DNA of 64,000 bases. Source: an uncultured Planctomycetota bacterium (lineage in GTDB: Bacteria; Planctomycetota; Planctomycetia; Isosphaerales; Isosphaeraceae). Every line of letters begins with the position of its first letter. The stretch's first letter is position 1. Location of the stretch: positions 4,288,001 to 4,352,000 of the forward strand of contig CAVTTN010000002.1 in the NCBI GenBank assembly GCA_963737655.1, in the 5' to 3' direction. A program made the position numbers and the translations under genes. This document shows, in pieces, positions 50,888-62,249 of this stretch. The notes under the pieces are model-generated. The model was not told the DNA's origin. It worked only from the letters and a program-made list of their open reading frames with translations, and did not search any database.

Positions 50888-51586
50888 TTGGCCGACATTT
50901 TCTTGAGCGATGTTCATCTGAGGCTCGACCGACCCGACCGGGCCCGCCGGCTGGCGAGGCTGGTCGACCGGCTCGACCCGGCCGATCGCCTGGTGATCGT
51001 CGGCGACCTGTGCGACTTCTGGTTCGTCAGCCGGCAGGCCCGCTCCGGCGGCGACCGCTGCGAGGGGCTCCGCGCCCTGGCCGAGTTCCGCCGCCGAGGA
51101 GGCGAGTTGACGATCCTGCCGGGCAACCACGACGCCTGGCTCGGCGCGTTCTACCGCGAAACGCTCGGCGAGGGCTTCGCCGGGATCGGCCTCGAACGCC
51201 GATCGGGCGACCTCCGCATCCTGGCGACCCACGGCCACACGATCGGGGGTGCCCGCGCCCCGTGGAAGGGCGTGATGGAAGGCCGAGCCTTCCTCCGAGG
51301 CTTCGCCGCCCTGCCCCGGCCGATCGCCGAGGGCCTGGGCGTGTTGCTCGACAGCACCAACTCGGTCGGACGGGAGGCGATCGACGCCAAGCATCTGGCG
51401 ATCTATCGCCGTCATGCCGACACCCTGGCCGACTCGATCGACCTGGCGGTCTTCGGCCACATCCACGTGGTCCGAGACGATGCCGAGGGCCGCCCTCGGA
51501 TGGTCGTCCTGGGCAACTGGCACGACCGCGCGAGCTATCTCCGCGTCGATCACGCCGGGGCCGTGATGGTCGTCGAAGAGGATTGA
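50888..51586 (+). CDS. Calcineurin-like phosphoesterase (LpxH-like UDP-2,3-diacylglucosamine hydrolase)
   Basis: SDVHL, GDLCDFW, GNHD, HG, FGHIH, LGNW. Confidence 0.82.
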   Translation: MADIFLSDVHLRLDRPDRARRLARLVDRLDPADRLVIVGDLCDFWFVSRQARSGGDRCEGLRALAEFRRRGGELTILPGNHDAWLGAFYRETLGEGFAGIGLERRSGDLRILATHGHTIGGARAPWKGVMEGRAFLRGFAALPRPIAEGLGVLLDSTNSVGREAIDAKHLAIYRRHADTLADSIDLAVFGHIHVVRDDAEGRPRMVVLGNWHDRASYLRVDHAGAVMVVEED

Positions 51587-51627
51587 ACCGCCGGGCTGGG
51601 GAGGAGGCCCGACGGTTCCCGGACGTT

Positions 51628-53773
51628 TCAGGACTTCGGCGCGGTCGAAGCCAGGCCCTTCGACGCGTCGGCGGCCTTCTTCTCGTTGGCGAGGGCCTCG
51701 ACCTCCGCCTTCATCGCCTGGGCCCTGGCGGCGAGGGCCTGGACGCCCGGCGAGCGATCGGCCACGGCCTTGTCGGCGGCGGCCTTCGCGGCCATCGCGG
51801 CGGTCAGCTCGTTCTGGCGGGCGGGGACGGCCTGGGCCGTGGCATTCTCGGCCTGGCGGAGGCCGTTGAGCGGGGCCTCGGCCGCCTGGCGATCCGCCGA
51901 GGCCTTGGTGGCGACGGCCGATGCGGCCTCGGCGGAGGCGGTTGCCGTCTTCCGCCTCTCGGCCGATTCGGAGGCCTCTCGGGTGGCGAGCACGAGCACG
52001 GCGGCGGCCTTTTCGGAGACCAGACGCTCGCGCTCGGCCTTCGTCGCGGCCAACGCCTCGGCCGCGACCTTCGCGGCCTCGGCCTTCTCGGCCAGCATCT
52101 TCGCCGCCTCGTCGCTCATCGAGGCCATCCGGTCCCGCGTCCACGAGGCCAGCCACGACGCCGCGTGAGCGCCAGACTCGGCCCCGGCGCGTTCGCGATA
52201 GGTGTTCTCGGCCGCGTTCCGGGCGTTCGCGGCGTCGGCCGCCGCCTTCTTCGCCGCTTCGAAAGCCCCGCCCGAGGCGCCGACGGCCTTGCCCTTCGCC
52301 TCGGCGTCGGCCTGGAGGCTGGCCAGCTCCTTCGTCGCCGAGTCCGCCGCCGCCTGGGCCGCGGCGTATTCCGCCTGGGCCTTCGCCATCCGGGAGGCGA
52401 TCGGCGCCGGATTCGCCGCGAGGTTCGCGACCCGCTTGCCTTCCTTCAGCTCGAAGATGCGGACCTCGCCCGACCAGTCGCCGGCGATGACGGTCTGGTC
52501 GTCGTGGCCGAAGACGGCGCGGGTGGCGAGGTCGGGGAAGCCCTCAAACTGCCTCTGCTGGCCGCCGTTCTGGTCGAACAGCTTCGCCACCCGGTCGCGG
52601 CCCGCGGTGACGAGCCGGCCGTCCTTGGCGAACCGGACGGAGAGCGTCCCCCCGCCGTGGGCCCCGAAGCTCTTGACCTGGTTGCCGTTCTGCATCTCCC
52701 AGAGCCGGACCGTCGTGTCCTCGCTGGCCGACGCCACGAGGTTCGAATCCAGCCGCCAGGAAATATCCGTGATCGCCACCTGATGGCCGCGGAGGTCGTA
52801 GAACTCGCGGCCCGTGGGGGCCTCCCAGCACGACGAGCCCGCCGTTGCGGTCGCCCGAGGCGAGCAGGACGCCGTCGGGGCTGAACTCGATGGCCGTGAC
52901 CCACTCGGTATGCTTCTTCGACTCGTACACCAGCTCGCCGTCGGACGACCCGTAGACCTTCAGCACCTTGCTCGGCCCGCCGAGGGCGACGAGCGAGCGG
53001 TCCGGGCTGATGTCGGCCGCGAGCACGACCTCATATTCTTTCCCGACCTCGAAAAGCCGCTTGCCGGTCTTCACGTCCCAAACGACCACGCGGCCGGACT
53101 GCCCGCCTCGGCCGCCTCCCGCCAGGAGCATGGCGCCGTCCCGGGTGAACTTCAGGACGTGGACCGTCCCCTCGGGGAACGGCAGGACGCCGACGAGCCG
53201 CGAATTCTGGGTGCTGTAGATCAAGACCTGCTTGTGCCCCGAGACGGCCACGATCGGGGCCCACGGGCTGGCGGCCATCGCGGTGATCGCGTTCGGGCGG
53301 GCGCTGACGACCACCGGCTCGGTCGAGACGCCTTCGGGCATCGCGGGAGGGCCGACGGGCTTGCCGATGGCCGACGGGTCGAGCTTGAAATCCAGCTTCG
53401 GCTTGGCCGCGGCGACCGCGCTGCCGGACATCTCGGGCGCCCCGGCCTCGATCCACGCCTTGATGATGGCGATCTCGGGGTCGGGGATCTTGCCCGAGTT
53501 CGGCGGCATCTTGGGCTCGGCCGAGTGGGTCACGAGCTCGTACAGGCGGCTGCCTTCGAGGTCCCCGGGCTCGATCACCGCGCCGGAGGAACCGCCCTTC
53601 ATGGCGTTGCCGTAGCTGTCCAGGCTCAGGCCGCCCTTCTGCTTGTCGCTGTTGTGGCACGAGTTGCAGCGCGACTGGAAGATCGCCGAGACCTGGTCCT
53701 TGAAATTGACCTTCGCGGCCTTCTCGTCGGGAGGCGCGGCCACGGCGACCGCGAGGATCAGTGAGAACGGCAT
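51628..53773 (-). CDS. Planctomycete cytochrome c + WD40 repeat + Ala-rich coiled-coil protein, frameshift near 52829
   Basis: CNSCH heme motif, MPP..WIEAGA, WD40 repeats. Removing one base gives GGLVVWEAPTGREFYDLRGH. Confidence 0.88.
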
Positions 53774-53796
53774 GGGTCGGGCCTCGGGAGGGAAGG

Positions 53797-53883
53797 ATCG
53801 ATCCGCAGAGGACGCAGATTCGCGCAGATGATCATTTTCATTTGATATTTATCTGCGCGAATCTGCGTCCTCTGCGGATCGAT
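53797..53883. repeat. CCGCAGA-family inverted repeat
   Basis: ATCGATCCGCAGAGGACGCAGATTCGCGCAGAT...ATCTGCGCGAATCTGCGTCCTCTGCGGATCGAT. Confidence 0.85.
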
Positions 53884-53887
53884 TTCA

Positions 53888-56339
53888 TCAATGGTTGAAG
53901 AGGAATTCGCGGCTGTTGAGCAGGGCCCAGAACAGGTCCAGGAGGGCCTGCTGCTGGTCGGTCCCGGGGGCGAGGAGCGGGGTGAGCTTCTTCAGCTCCT
54001 CGTCGGTCGGCATCCTCGCGAGGGTGCGGAGGTAGAGGTCGATGATCCGCTCCTCGGGGAACTTCTTGGTCTCGACGAGCTTCTTGACCACCCCGCCCTG
54101 CTGGATCTTGCCGTTGACGGTGTCGCCGTTGAGGAGGTGCAGGGCCTGGGAGAGCGTCGGCTCCATCTTCACCTCGCACGAGCAGACCGTCTCTCGCGTC
54201 GCGCGGCCGAAGGTGGTCAGGAAGTACGTCGACGAGTTGCCGTCGGCGATCTGGACGGCCCTCGCGCCCAGGGGGAGGCCCTGGAACTTGTCCTTCGTCT
54301 CGGTGACCTGGCTGATCACGTCGAGCAGGTTCTCGGCCTTGATCCGCCGGAGGTTGGCGTGGGCGAAATTCTTCTCGTCGGTCTCGTTCGAGGCGTTCCT
54401 CCGGGTCGATCGCTGATACGTCCGCGAGTTGCAGATGTCGCGGACGAGCTTCTTCAGGTCGTACTTCGACTCGGTGAACCGCTTGCCGAGCTCCTCGAGC
54501 AATTCGGGGTTCGAGGCCGGGTTGCTCACGCGGAAGTCGTCCACGGGCTCGACGATCCCGAGGCCGAAGAAGTGGGCCCAGACGCGGTTGGCGAAGCTGG
54601 AGGCGAACCAGGGGTTGTCCTTCGACGCCAGCCACTTGGCCAGGATCACGCGGCGGTCCTTGCCGGCCACGTCGGGCTCGACCCCTCCGAGGAACTTCGG
54701 CTTCATCTGCCGGCCGCCGACGGGGTGCGCGACCTCGCCGCCCCCGGCGTTGAAGACGATGATCTCGCGGTAGTCCTCGCTCTGCTTCCGGCCGATCTGA
54801 GCGAAGAAGGCGGCGAAGCCGTAGTAGTCGTTCTGCGTCCAGCGGTCGAACGGGTGGTTGTGGCACTGGGCGCACTGGATGCGCATCCCCATGAACACCT
54901 GGGCGACGTTCTCCGTCATCAGGAGATTTTCATTGGTCCCCTGATAAAAGTTCGTCGCCGGGTTCTTGAACGTGCCGCCCGAGGCGCCCGAGGAGCTCCT
55001 GGACCATCTCGTCCATCGGCGTGTTCTTGGAGAGCTTCTCGACGAGCCAGTTGTAATAGAGGAACATCCCCTTGTACGAGACGCCGTTGGGGACGGTCCG
55101 GACCTGCAGGAGCTCGGCCCACTTGTTCACCCAGATCTCGACGAACTCCTTGCGTTCGAGCAGCTCGTCGATCAGCTTCGCCCGCTTGTCCGGCTCGGTC
55201 GAGGCGACGAACCTGGTGAACTCCTCGGGGGTCGGGAGGATGCCGACGATGTCGAGGAAGACGCGACGGCAGAACACCTCGTCGGTGCAGACCTCGGAGG
55301 GGGACATCCGCAGCTTCTTCAATTTCGCGGCGACGAACGCGTCCACGTAGTTCGCGTCGGCCTCGGCCGGGTACTCGAACTTCAGCCCCTTGGGCAGGAC
55401 GAGGACCTGCGAGCCGACGGTGAACGTCTCGAACCGGGCCATCACGAACGCCTCGCCCCGCTGGCCGGCGGTCACCAGGCCGTCGGGCGAGATCGCGGCG
55501 GAGCTTTCGTTGTTGGTGAGGAACACGGCGAGGCCGGTGACGTCGCGGTCCGAGCCGTCGGAGTACTTCGCCCGGACGGTCATCTGCTGGGTGGACTTCT
55601 CGCCGTCGAGCACGGCCTTCTTCGGGTAGAGGTCCACCGAGACGACCGTCGGGAGCTTGCTCACGTCATCGTTGACGGCGCCGGCGTCGATCCAGGTATG
55701 GATGGTCTTGTAGAGCTCGGAGTTCTCCTCGAACCGCTTGCCGCCGGTGTGCTGGACCGACCCGATGCTCTTTTCCAGGAGGGTGCTGTCGGCGGGGACG
55801 GCCAGGTTGATCCGGCGGCCGACCATCTCGCGGGTCAGGCGGTTGTAGTCGCCTTCGGGGTCGAACCCGAACAGGGAGATGCGGAAGCCGTCCTTGCCGC
55901 GGGCGGCCCCGTGGCAGGAGCCGGTGTTGCAGCCGGCCCTCATGAACACCGGCATCACGTCGAGCCGGAAGCTCAACGGGGGCTGGCTGGCGGCGCCCGA
56001 GACGGTCACGGGCACCTTCACGGCCTGGCCGCCGAACGCCACGTTGAGCTCGGTCTTGCCGTCGGCGACGGGCCAGAACGTGCTGCCGTCCCGGCGGACG
56101 AGCTTCGGGTCAGCCGGGGCGATCTCGGCCTCCCTGGTCACGTCGCGGGTGATCCCATCGGCATAGATGGCCTGGACCACCACGAGCTGGCGGTCCCGGG
56201 CGTTGTTCAGGTTCACGTCGGGCGGGAAGACTTCGAGCTTCGTCAACGCCGCCCCATCGGCCAGGGCCGAACCCGAGGCGGCGCCCGCGATCAAAGCGGC
56301 AAAGATCAGGCGGGGGAAGGCTCTCATGGGCGTGACCAC
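53888..56339 (-). CDS. DUF1549/DUF1553 protein with Ig-like domains, frameshift near 54988
   Basis: GCNTGSCHG, FCRRVFLD, CAQCHNHPFD, ANRVWAHFFG, WALLNSREFLFNH. Removing one G gives LGASGGTFKNPATNFY. Confidence 0.9.
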
Positions 56340-56409
56340 CTCGGGGGGCGGGAGGGATTCGGGGGTGTACCTGGCAAAGACTCAAGCTTGGTGAAGAAAA
56401 ATTCCCACA

Positions 56410-56652
56410 TCACCATTCGACCCGGTCGGAACACTCGCTCAAGGGGGTCGCGACGCCGTCTCGGATCGATTCGGCCATGCCGGGGATGCTCATCAAGGAG
56501 AGCGTTTCCTGGATCGCGTTCCAGTCCTCCTCCGAGACGAGCACGCCGGACGCCTGCTCGCCCCGGATGAAGATCGGCCGATCATCTTGCGAGGTCGCCT
56601 CCAGGAGGCTCCCCAGGATCTTGCCGGCTTCATCGACCGTGTGAATGTTCAT
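56410..56652 (-). CDS. Phd/YefM-family antitoxin (orphan)
   Basis: PIFIRG...VLVSEEDWNAIQETLSLMSIPGMAESIRDG. Confidence 0.88.
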   Translation of the reverse strand: MNIHTVDEAGKILGSLLEATSQDDRPIFIRGEQASGVLVSEEDWNAIQETLSLMSIPGMAESIRDGVATPLSECSDRVEW

Positions 56653-56663
56653 AATATGCGCCT

Positions 56664-59109
56664 CTACTTCTTCTCGGCCGCGGCCTTCGCCTTCTCGGCC
56701 TGTTCCAATCGGAGCTTCTCCAGGCGGGAGAGCACCTTCGGCGGCTGACCGGCGGGCGGGGGGGCGGCGGCGGCGCGGCGGCCGGCATCGGGGCCGCGGC
56801 GGGGGCGTTGACCTTCGGCGGGATGGGCACGTCCACGCGGAGCGCCCCGCTGCCGAGGTTGTGGACGATCGGCTCGTCGTTCATCGTCACGACGACCTGG
56901 CAGAACAGGTTCTGGTGGTTGCCGGCGGGGGTGGCGGGGTCGGTCTTGATGTGGAAGATGACTTCGGGCGTGTCCTTGGTGATCTTCTTCACGTCGGTGG
57001 ACGCCTTGTTCGGCAGGCCGATCAGGGTCATCGTGGCCTCGCCGGGGAAGTCGGCCTGCTTGGCGACCTTGACCACGAGGTCGGCGTCCTTCCCCTGCTC
57101 GGTCGCGGCGTTCTGGTAGGCGAGGCTCACGAACGGGGCGGCCACCGAGAGGTTGGCGAGCTGCGAGGAGACCATGATCGGCCCGCTCGGGACGCCCGAG
57201 GAGCCGTTGACGACGATCTTCCACGTCTTGATCTCGGCCCCGCCGTCGGCGTTGACCTGGATCACGGCCTCGTTCTGGCCCTCGGGGATCGTCACGCCTC
57301 CCTGCGAGCTGATCCCCGGCGGGTTCCACGGCAGGCCGATGGCGATCGGCGCCTTGAAGCCCTCCTTGCGGATCGCCTTGACCTTCAGGGCCATCGAGCC
57401 GCCCCGGACGATCGGCACCTTGGGCTCGACGATCTCGATCGAGTACGGGCATTCCTCGGTCACGGCGACGGCGAACGAATCGACGGTGCGGGTCCAGAAC
57501 GGGTTGTTGTTCTGGCCGTTGACGAGCTCGGCGACCTGGGAGAACTCCTGGGACGCCAGCTTCGTCTTGCCGTCGGTCGGCTCGCCGACGACCCTGGCCA
57601 GGCTGCCGGCGAGGGCCGCGTCGGGCTTGGCCACCAGGAGGATCGGGAAGGTGCCGACGTTGCCGGCCATCGTGTCGGCCTGGAGCTCGACGCCCGGCGG
57701 CAGGTTCTCGACATTCAGCTTCAGGTCGCCGCCGAAATCCTGCCGGGTCGCGCTCACGAGGATCGCCTGGCGGTTCCCCTTCGGCACGGCCGAGGCGATC
57801 ACGCCGGTCCCTCGCTGCATCCCCTCGTTCGGGACGCTCATCACGAGCTTCGGCTCGATCGTCGCGATCTCGATCCGGTAGGCGTAATCGGGCCCGCCCT
57901 TGCGGAGATGGTCGTGGACCCAGAGGACGTAATCGGTGTCCTCGGGCACGCCGAAGCGGATGTGGCTGTCGGGCCCGCCCTCGTCGTCGTTGCCGGCGAG
58001 GTACTGCGCCCCCTTCTTGGCGATGTGGAGGACCGGGTCCAGCGGCGAGCGGAGCGACCGGGCCCGCACCCAGATGTCGAACGCCTGGCCGGGCTTGCCG
58101 TGGAAGGTGTAGTAATCTTCATCCCCGGCCTTGTCGATCACGCCGTTCAGGGCGATCGGCGGGGCGAACGGGGTGGCCGTGGCCTGGTCGTTGTTCGGTT
58201 CCTTCTCCATCACGTTGCCGAACGGGGAGAGCCGGAAGAGGTTCGGGTAGGGCGAAGTGCCGCGGTCGTCCTGCCCGAAAATCCCGAAGTTCGCCTCCGG
58301 CTTCGCCGGCAGGGTGAATTCGGCGGTCTTCTCCCCGGCCACGTCGCCGATCATGCGGACGGCCACCTTCTCGCCCAGCTTCCCGCCGGCCGGGACCGTG
58401 GCCGAGAACCTCGGGAACTCGCCCACGTGGAGGCGATAGAGGCAATTGCCGTTGCCGGCATAGGCGCTCTCGCGGACCTGGATGACGTACTGGCCGTCGG
58501 CGGGCGCGAGGACCGAGGCGAAGCCGTCCTGCCAGGTCAGCGCGGCGTCGTCGGAGGAGGCGAGCTCGAACCTCTTGGCGTCCATGATCGCGACGTAGGG
58601 GTCGAACTGGGAGATCCCGACGCGGATGCCCTCGACCTCGGCCGAGATCCTCTGCCCCTTCTTCGCCTCGATCAGGTAGTAGTCCACGTCCTCGTTGTCC
58701 GCCACGCCGTTGACGGTGGTGTTCAACGAGACGACCTGGGGATGGGCGAAGTCATTATTCGGCTCGGCCTCCACGACTTCCTTGTAGGGCCCGACGCTGA
58801 ACGACCGCTGCTCGCTCACGCCGGAGGCGGTGCGGACGCGAAGGTCATGGATCCCGAGCGGGGCGTCCGGCGCGATCTTGATCCGGGCCTTGACGTGGTT
58901 GTCGTCCACCTTGGTGAGCGACACGGTGGAGATGCCCGGCTGATAGAAGAGGATCTCCTGGGCGTCGCCGAGGCGGGCGCCGAGGAGGCTGACCTCGACC
59001 TCCGTCCCCCTCTGCGCCGACGGGCGCAGGGCCCGAGGCTCGGCGAGGCGGCCCGGCTCGGGCCGGCGGCGAGGATCGTCAGCAGGGAGGCTAGCGCGAT
59101 GGCTCGCAT
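56664..59109 (-). CDS. Secreted PPC-domain protein, frameshifts near 59033 and 56770
   Basis: Signal peptide; QRGTEV; two ExEPNN repeats; DVDYY and DEDYY; C-terminal LSRLEKLRLEQ in a shifted frame. Confidence 0.85.
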
Positions 59110-59199
59110 GGCGGGGGGTCCGGTCGGGGGAGCGGAGGCGGGGTCTGTCGTCTCGAGACGGCCGAGGGGCCCCGGCCTTTCGATTCGGGTGGGGCGGGT

Positions 59200-60198
59200 T
59201 CAGCGGCTGGCGTCTTTCGCCTTGGCGTGGTTGGCGAGGCCGATATAGACGACCCGGGCGAAGTGGCTGCCGCGGAACAGCCCCTTGCCCCATCGGTCGT
59301 CGAGGGGCTTCGTGGGCTTCGCGGCGACGACCTCGTCGATCGTCTTGCCGGCCTCGACCATCGGGGCCATGGCGTGCCAGACCCGGTCGAGCATGTCGCG
59401 GGCGGCCTTCAGGTCGTCGCGGGTCGCGAGCGGGCCGTGGCCGGGGATGATCCTCGTTTTCGGGCCGGCGATGCCGAGGATCTTGTCGGCCGCCGCGACC
59501 ATCCCGCCGATCCAGCCCGCGGACGAGCCGTCGATGTTCGGGTAGAAGCCGTTCGAGAACAGGTCGCCGGCGTGGAGGACGTCCGCCTTGACGAAGTGGA
59601 TGTAGATATCCCCGTCGGTGTGGGCCGGGGGGACGTGGACGAGGCGGAGCTCCTCGCCGTTGAGGAACAGGCCGGCGTCCTCGCCGAGGACGATCACCGG
59701 CAGGGCCTTCTCCGGGGACGCCGGCATCTTGAGGTCGAACGCCTCGTTGTACTGGTCCGATCCCAGGCGGCTCCGGGTGTTCTGGTGCCCGAGGATCTTC
59801 GCGCCGGCCGAGGCCAGGGCGAGATTCCCGCCGGTGTGGTCGAAATGCCAGTGGGTGTTGATCAGCCAGGGGATCGGCCCGGGCGCGACCTTCGCCACGG
59901 CGGCCCGGAGGTCGGCGGACCTCTGGGGGATGAAGGAATCGACCAGGAGGGTGCCGTCCCCGCCGGTCAGGACGGCCACGTTCCCCCCTGGACCCTGAAG
60001 CAGTGTCAGCCCAGGCCCGAGCGGCGCGGCGGTGATCGGGACGGCCACCATCGCCGGCATCATGACCTTCATCAGCTCGGGAAGGGACAGGTCCGCCCCG
60101 GCCGGAGGGTCGTCGGCCCGGGAGGCCGGAGGGCCCGCGGTCGCCGCCAGGGCGGCCGCGCCGATGGTCTTCAGGGCCTCTCGCCTCGCAATCCTCAT
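59200..60198 (-). CDS. Tat-exported MBL-fold metallo-hydrolase (cyclase-like)
   Basis: ARREALK twin-arginine signal; NTHWHFDHTGGN, AHTDGD, IPGHG. Confidence 0.9.
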   Translation of the reverse strand: MRIARREALKTIGAAALAATAGPPASRADDPPAGADLSLPELMKVMMPAMVAVPITAAPLGPGLTLLQGPGGNVAVLTGGDGTLLVDSFIPQRSADLRAAVAKVAPGPIPWLINTHWHFDHTGGNLALASAGAKILGHQNTRSRLGSDQYNEAFDLKMPASPEKALPVIVLGEDAGLFLNGEELRLVHVPPAHTDGDIYIHFVKADVLHAGDLFSNGFYPNIDGSSAGWIGGMVAAADKILGIAGPKTRIIPGHGPLATRDDLKAARDMLDRVWHAMAPMVEAGKTIDEVVAAKPTKPLDDRWGKGLFRGSHFARVVYIGLANHAKAKDASR

Positions 60199-60262
60199 GA
60201 GCGTTCGCGCCTCGGTGACACTTCGAATCCGCCCCCGGGAGGGGGGCGGGGGCGGTTGGGGG

Positions 60263-60884
60263 TCAGGCGGTCCAGGTCGCCCCGTCGGCGGCCCGGACGA
60301 TCTCGATCGAGGAGTCCGCCGGGCCGGGCACAAGTCGGAACGACCGGCCGAGCACCTCGCTGGCCAGGGGCGCCGGTTCCGACGGTTCCGACGTCTCGGG
60401 CGGGGCCCAGCCGTCCCCGTCCCTCCGGTATAACTCCAGCTTCCAGGGCTTCCGATCCACGAACAGGAGCTCTCGGACACCGGTCTTCGCGTAGAATCCG
60501 AACTTCTCGCGGGATCGAGCGTGCTTGCTCACGATCTCCACGAGGAAGTCGGGGCCGCCGAGGAAGTGGGTCTCGCGTTCCTCGGCGGGGTTCCCGGGCA
60601 GGAACACCGCGACGTCGGGGCAGCGATAATTCGTGGTCCAGTCGAACGGGTCGTCGCTGACGTTCACGCCCGGATACACGACCGCCTCGGGAATCCCTTC
60701 CAGGGCCCGGTCCAAGGCGCGTCGTGAGTTTCCCGACCAGCTTCCGATGGTGGTTGTTCCCGAGGGGCATGACGACGTAGACCCCGTCCCAGACCTCGTC
60801 GCGCCGGTCGCCGCCCCAGTCTTGCCGCCTCTTCAGCCACTTCTCGAAGGCCGGACTGGCGAATGCGAACACGCGGTTCTTCAT
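60263..60884 (-). CDS. Uma2-family endonuclease-like protein, frameshift near 60720
   Basis: DEVWDGVYVVMP; YRCPDVAV, PDFLVEIVS, KFGFYAKTGVRE. Confidence 0.85.
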
Positions 60885-60938
60885 GGGAAGGGGCTCCAAC
60901 CGAGGGGGCGGGCCCATCGCCCGGCCCCCCATCCCATC

Positions 60939-62249
60939 TTACCCGAGGAGCTCGGTCCGCACCTTGCCGCCATCGACGATCTCGATCGGCCGGTTGCCCG
61001 GGGCCATCAGCTCCTTGTCGGCCACGATGCCGAGCTGGTGGTAGACCGTCGTGGCCAGGTCCTCGGGGCCGATCGGGTCGCGCTCGGGCTCGGTCGCGGT
61101 CGAGTTCGAGGCGCCGTGGATGTACCCCTTCTTCACGCCTCCGCCGGCGAGGACGACGCTGAACACCTTCGGCCAGTGGTCGCGGCCGGCGTCCTTGTTG
61201 ATCTTGGGCGTCCGGCCGAATTCGGAGGAGACCATCACGAGGGTGCGGTCGAGCAGGCCGCGCTGCGAGAGGTCGGTGATCAGGGCCGAGTACGCCTGGT
61301 CGAAGGCCGGCATCTGGGTCCTCATCCCGCCGGCGATCCCGGCGTGGAGGTCCCAGCCGCCGTACTGGAGGGCGACGAACCGGACGCCCGCCTCGACGAG
61401 CCTCCGGGCCATCAGCATCCTCTGCCCCGCGTCGTTCCGGCCGTAGGCGTCTCGCAGGGGGGCCGGCTCGGCGTTGATGTTGAACGCCTCGCGGGCCTTG
61501 GGCGAGGCGATCAGGCTATACGCCCTCTCGTAGAACGTGTCCATCGCCTGGAGGCCGTCGGACTTCTCCTTCTTGGCGAAGTGCTCGTTGACCGACTCCA
61601 GGACGCTCCGCCTCGTGGCGAACCGGGACTCGTTGATCCCGCCCGGGAGGTCCAGGTCCTGGACCCGGAACCCGGGGTTCGAGGGGTCGCTGCCCAGGGA
61701 GAACGGCGAGAAGCTCGACGACAGGTAGCCCGTCCCGGCATAGACGTTGGGCATCGAGGGGACGCAGACGTACGGCGGCAGGTTATTCTTCGGGCCGTAC
61801 TCGTGGGCGACGACCGACCCCATGCTCGGGTACTGGAGGGCCGGGCTGGGTCGATACCCGGTGAACATGTTGTGGGTGCCGCGCTCGTGGGCCGCCTCGC
61901 CGTGGGTCATCGAGCGGATGACGGTGATCTTGTCGGCGATCTGGGCGGTCTTCGGCAGGGTCTCGCAGAAGACCTCGCCGTCGAGCTTCGTCTTCACCAC
62001 GCCGAGCTCGCCGCGGTACTCCAGGGGGGCATACGGCTTGGGGTCGAACGTCTCCTGCTGGGCGATGCCGCCGGGCAGGAAGATGTGGATGACCGAGTCG
62101 GCCTTGGCGGCGATGGGCGCGTAATTCTTCAGGTCCGCCCGGGCCTTGAGACGGAAGAAGTCCGCCAGCGAGAGGCCGAAGCCGAACGTGCCGACCGTCA
62201 GGAAGCCGCGACGGCTGAACATCGGTCGCGGGGTCATGCCACCTGCCAT
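60939..62249 (-). CDS. DUF1501 domain protein (Tat signal)
   Basis: SRRGFL, IFLPGG..QETFDPKP, ARRLVEAGV, GWDLH, EFGRTP, GRDHWP. Confidence 0.93.
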   Translation of the reverse strand: MAGGMTPRPMFSRRGFLTVGTFGFGLSLADFFRLKARADLKNYAPIAAKADSVIHIFLPGGIAQQETFDPKPYAPLEYRGELGVVKTKLDGEVFCETLPKTAQIADKITVIRSMTHGEAAHERGTHNMFTGYRPSPALQYPSMGSVVAHEYGPKNNLPPYVCVPSMPNVYAGTGYLSSSFSPFSLGSDPSNPGFRVQDLDLPGGINESRFATRRSVLESVNEHFAKKEKSDGLQAMDTFYERAYSLIASPKAREAFNINAEPAPLRDAYGRNDAGQRMLMARRLVEAGVRFVALQYGGWDLHAGIAGGMRTQMPAFDQAYSALITDLSQRGLLDRTLVMVSSEFGRTPKINKDAGRDHWPKVFSVVLAGGGVKKGYIHGASNSTATEPERDPIGPEDLATTVYHQLGIVADKELMAPGNRPIEIVDGGKVRTELLG

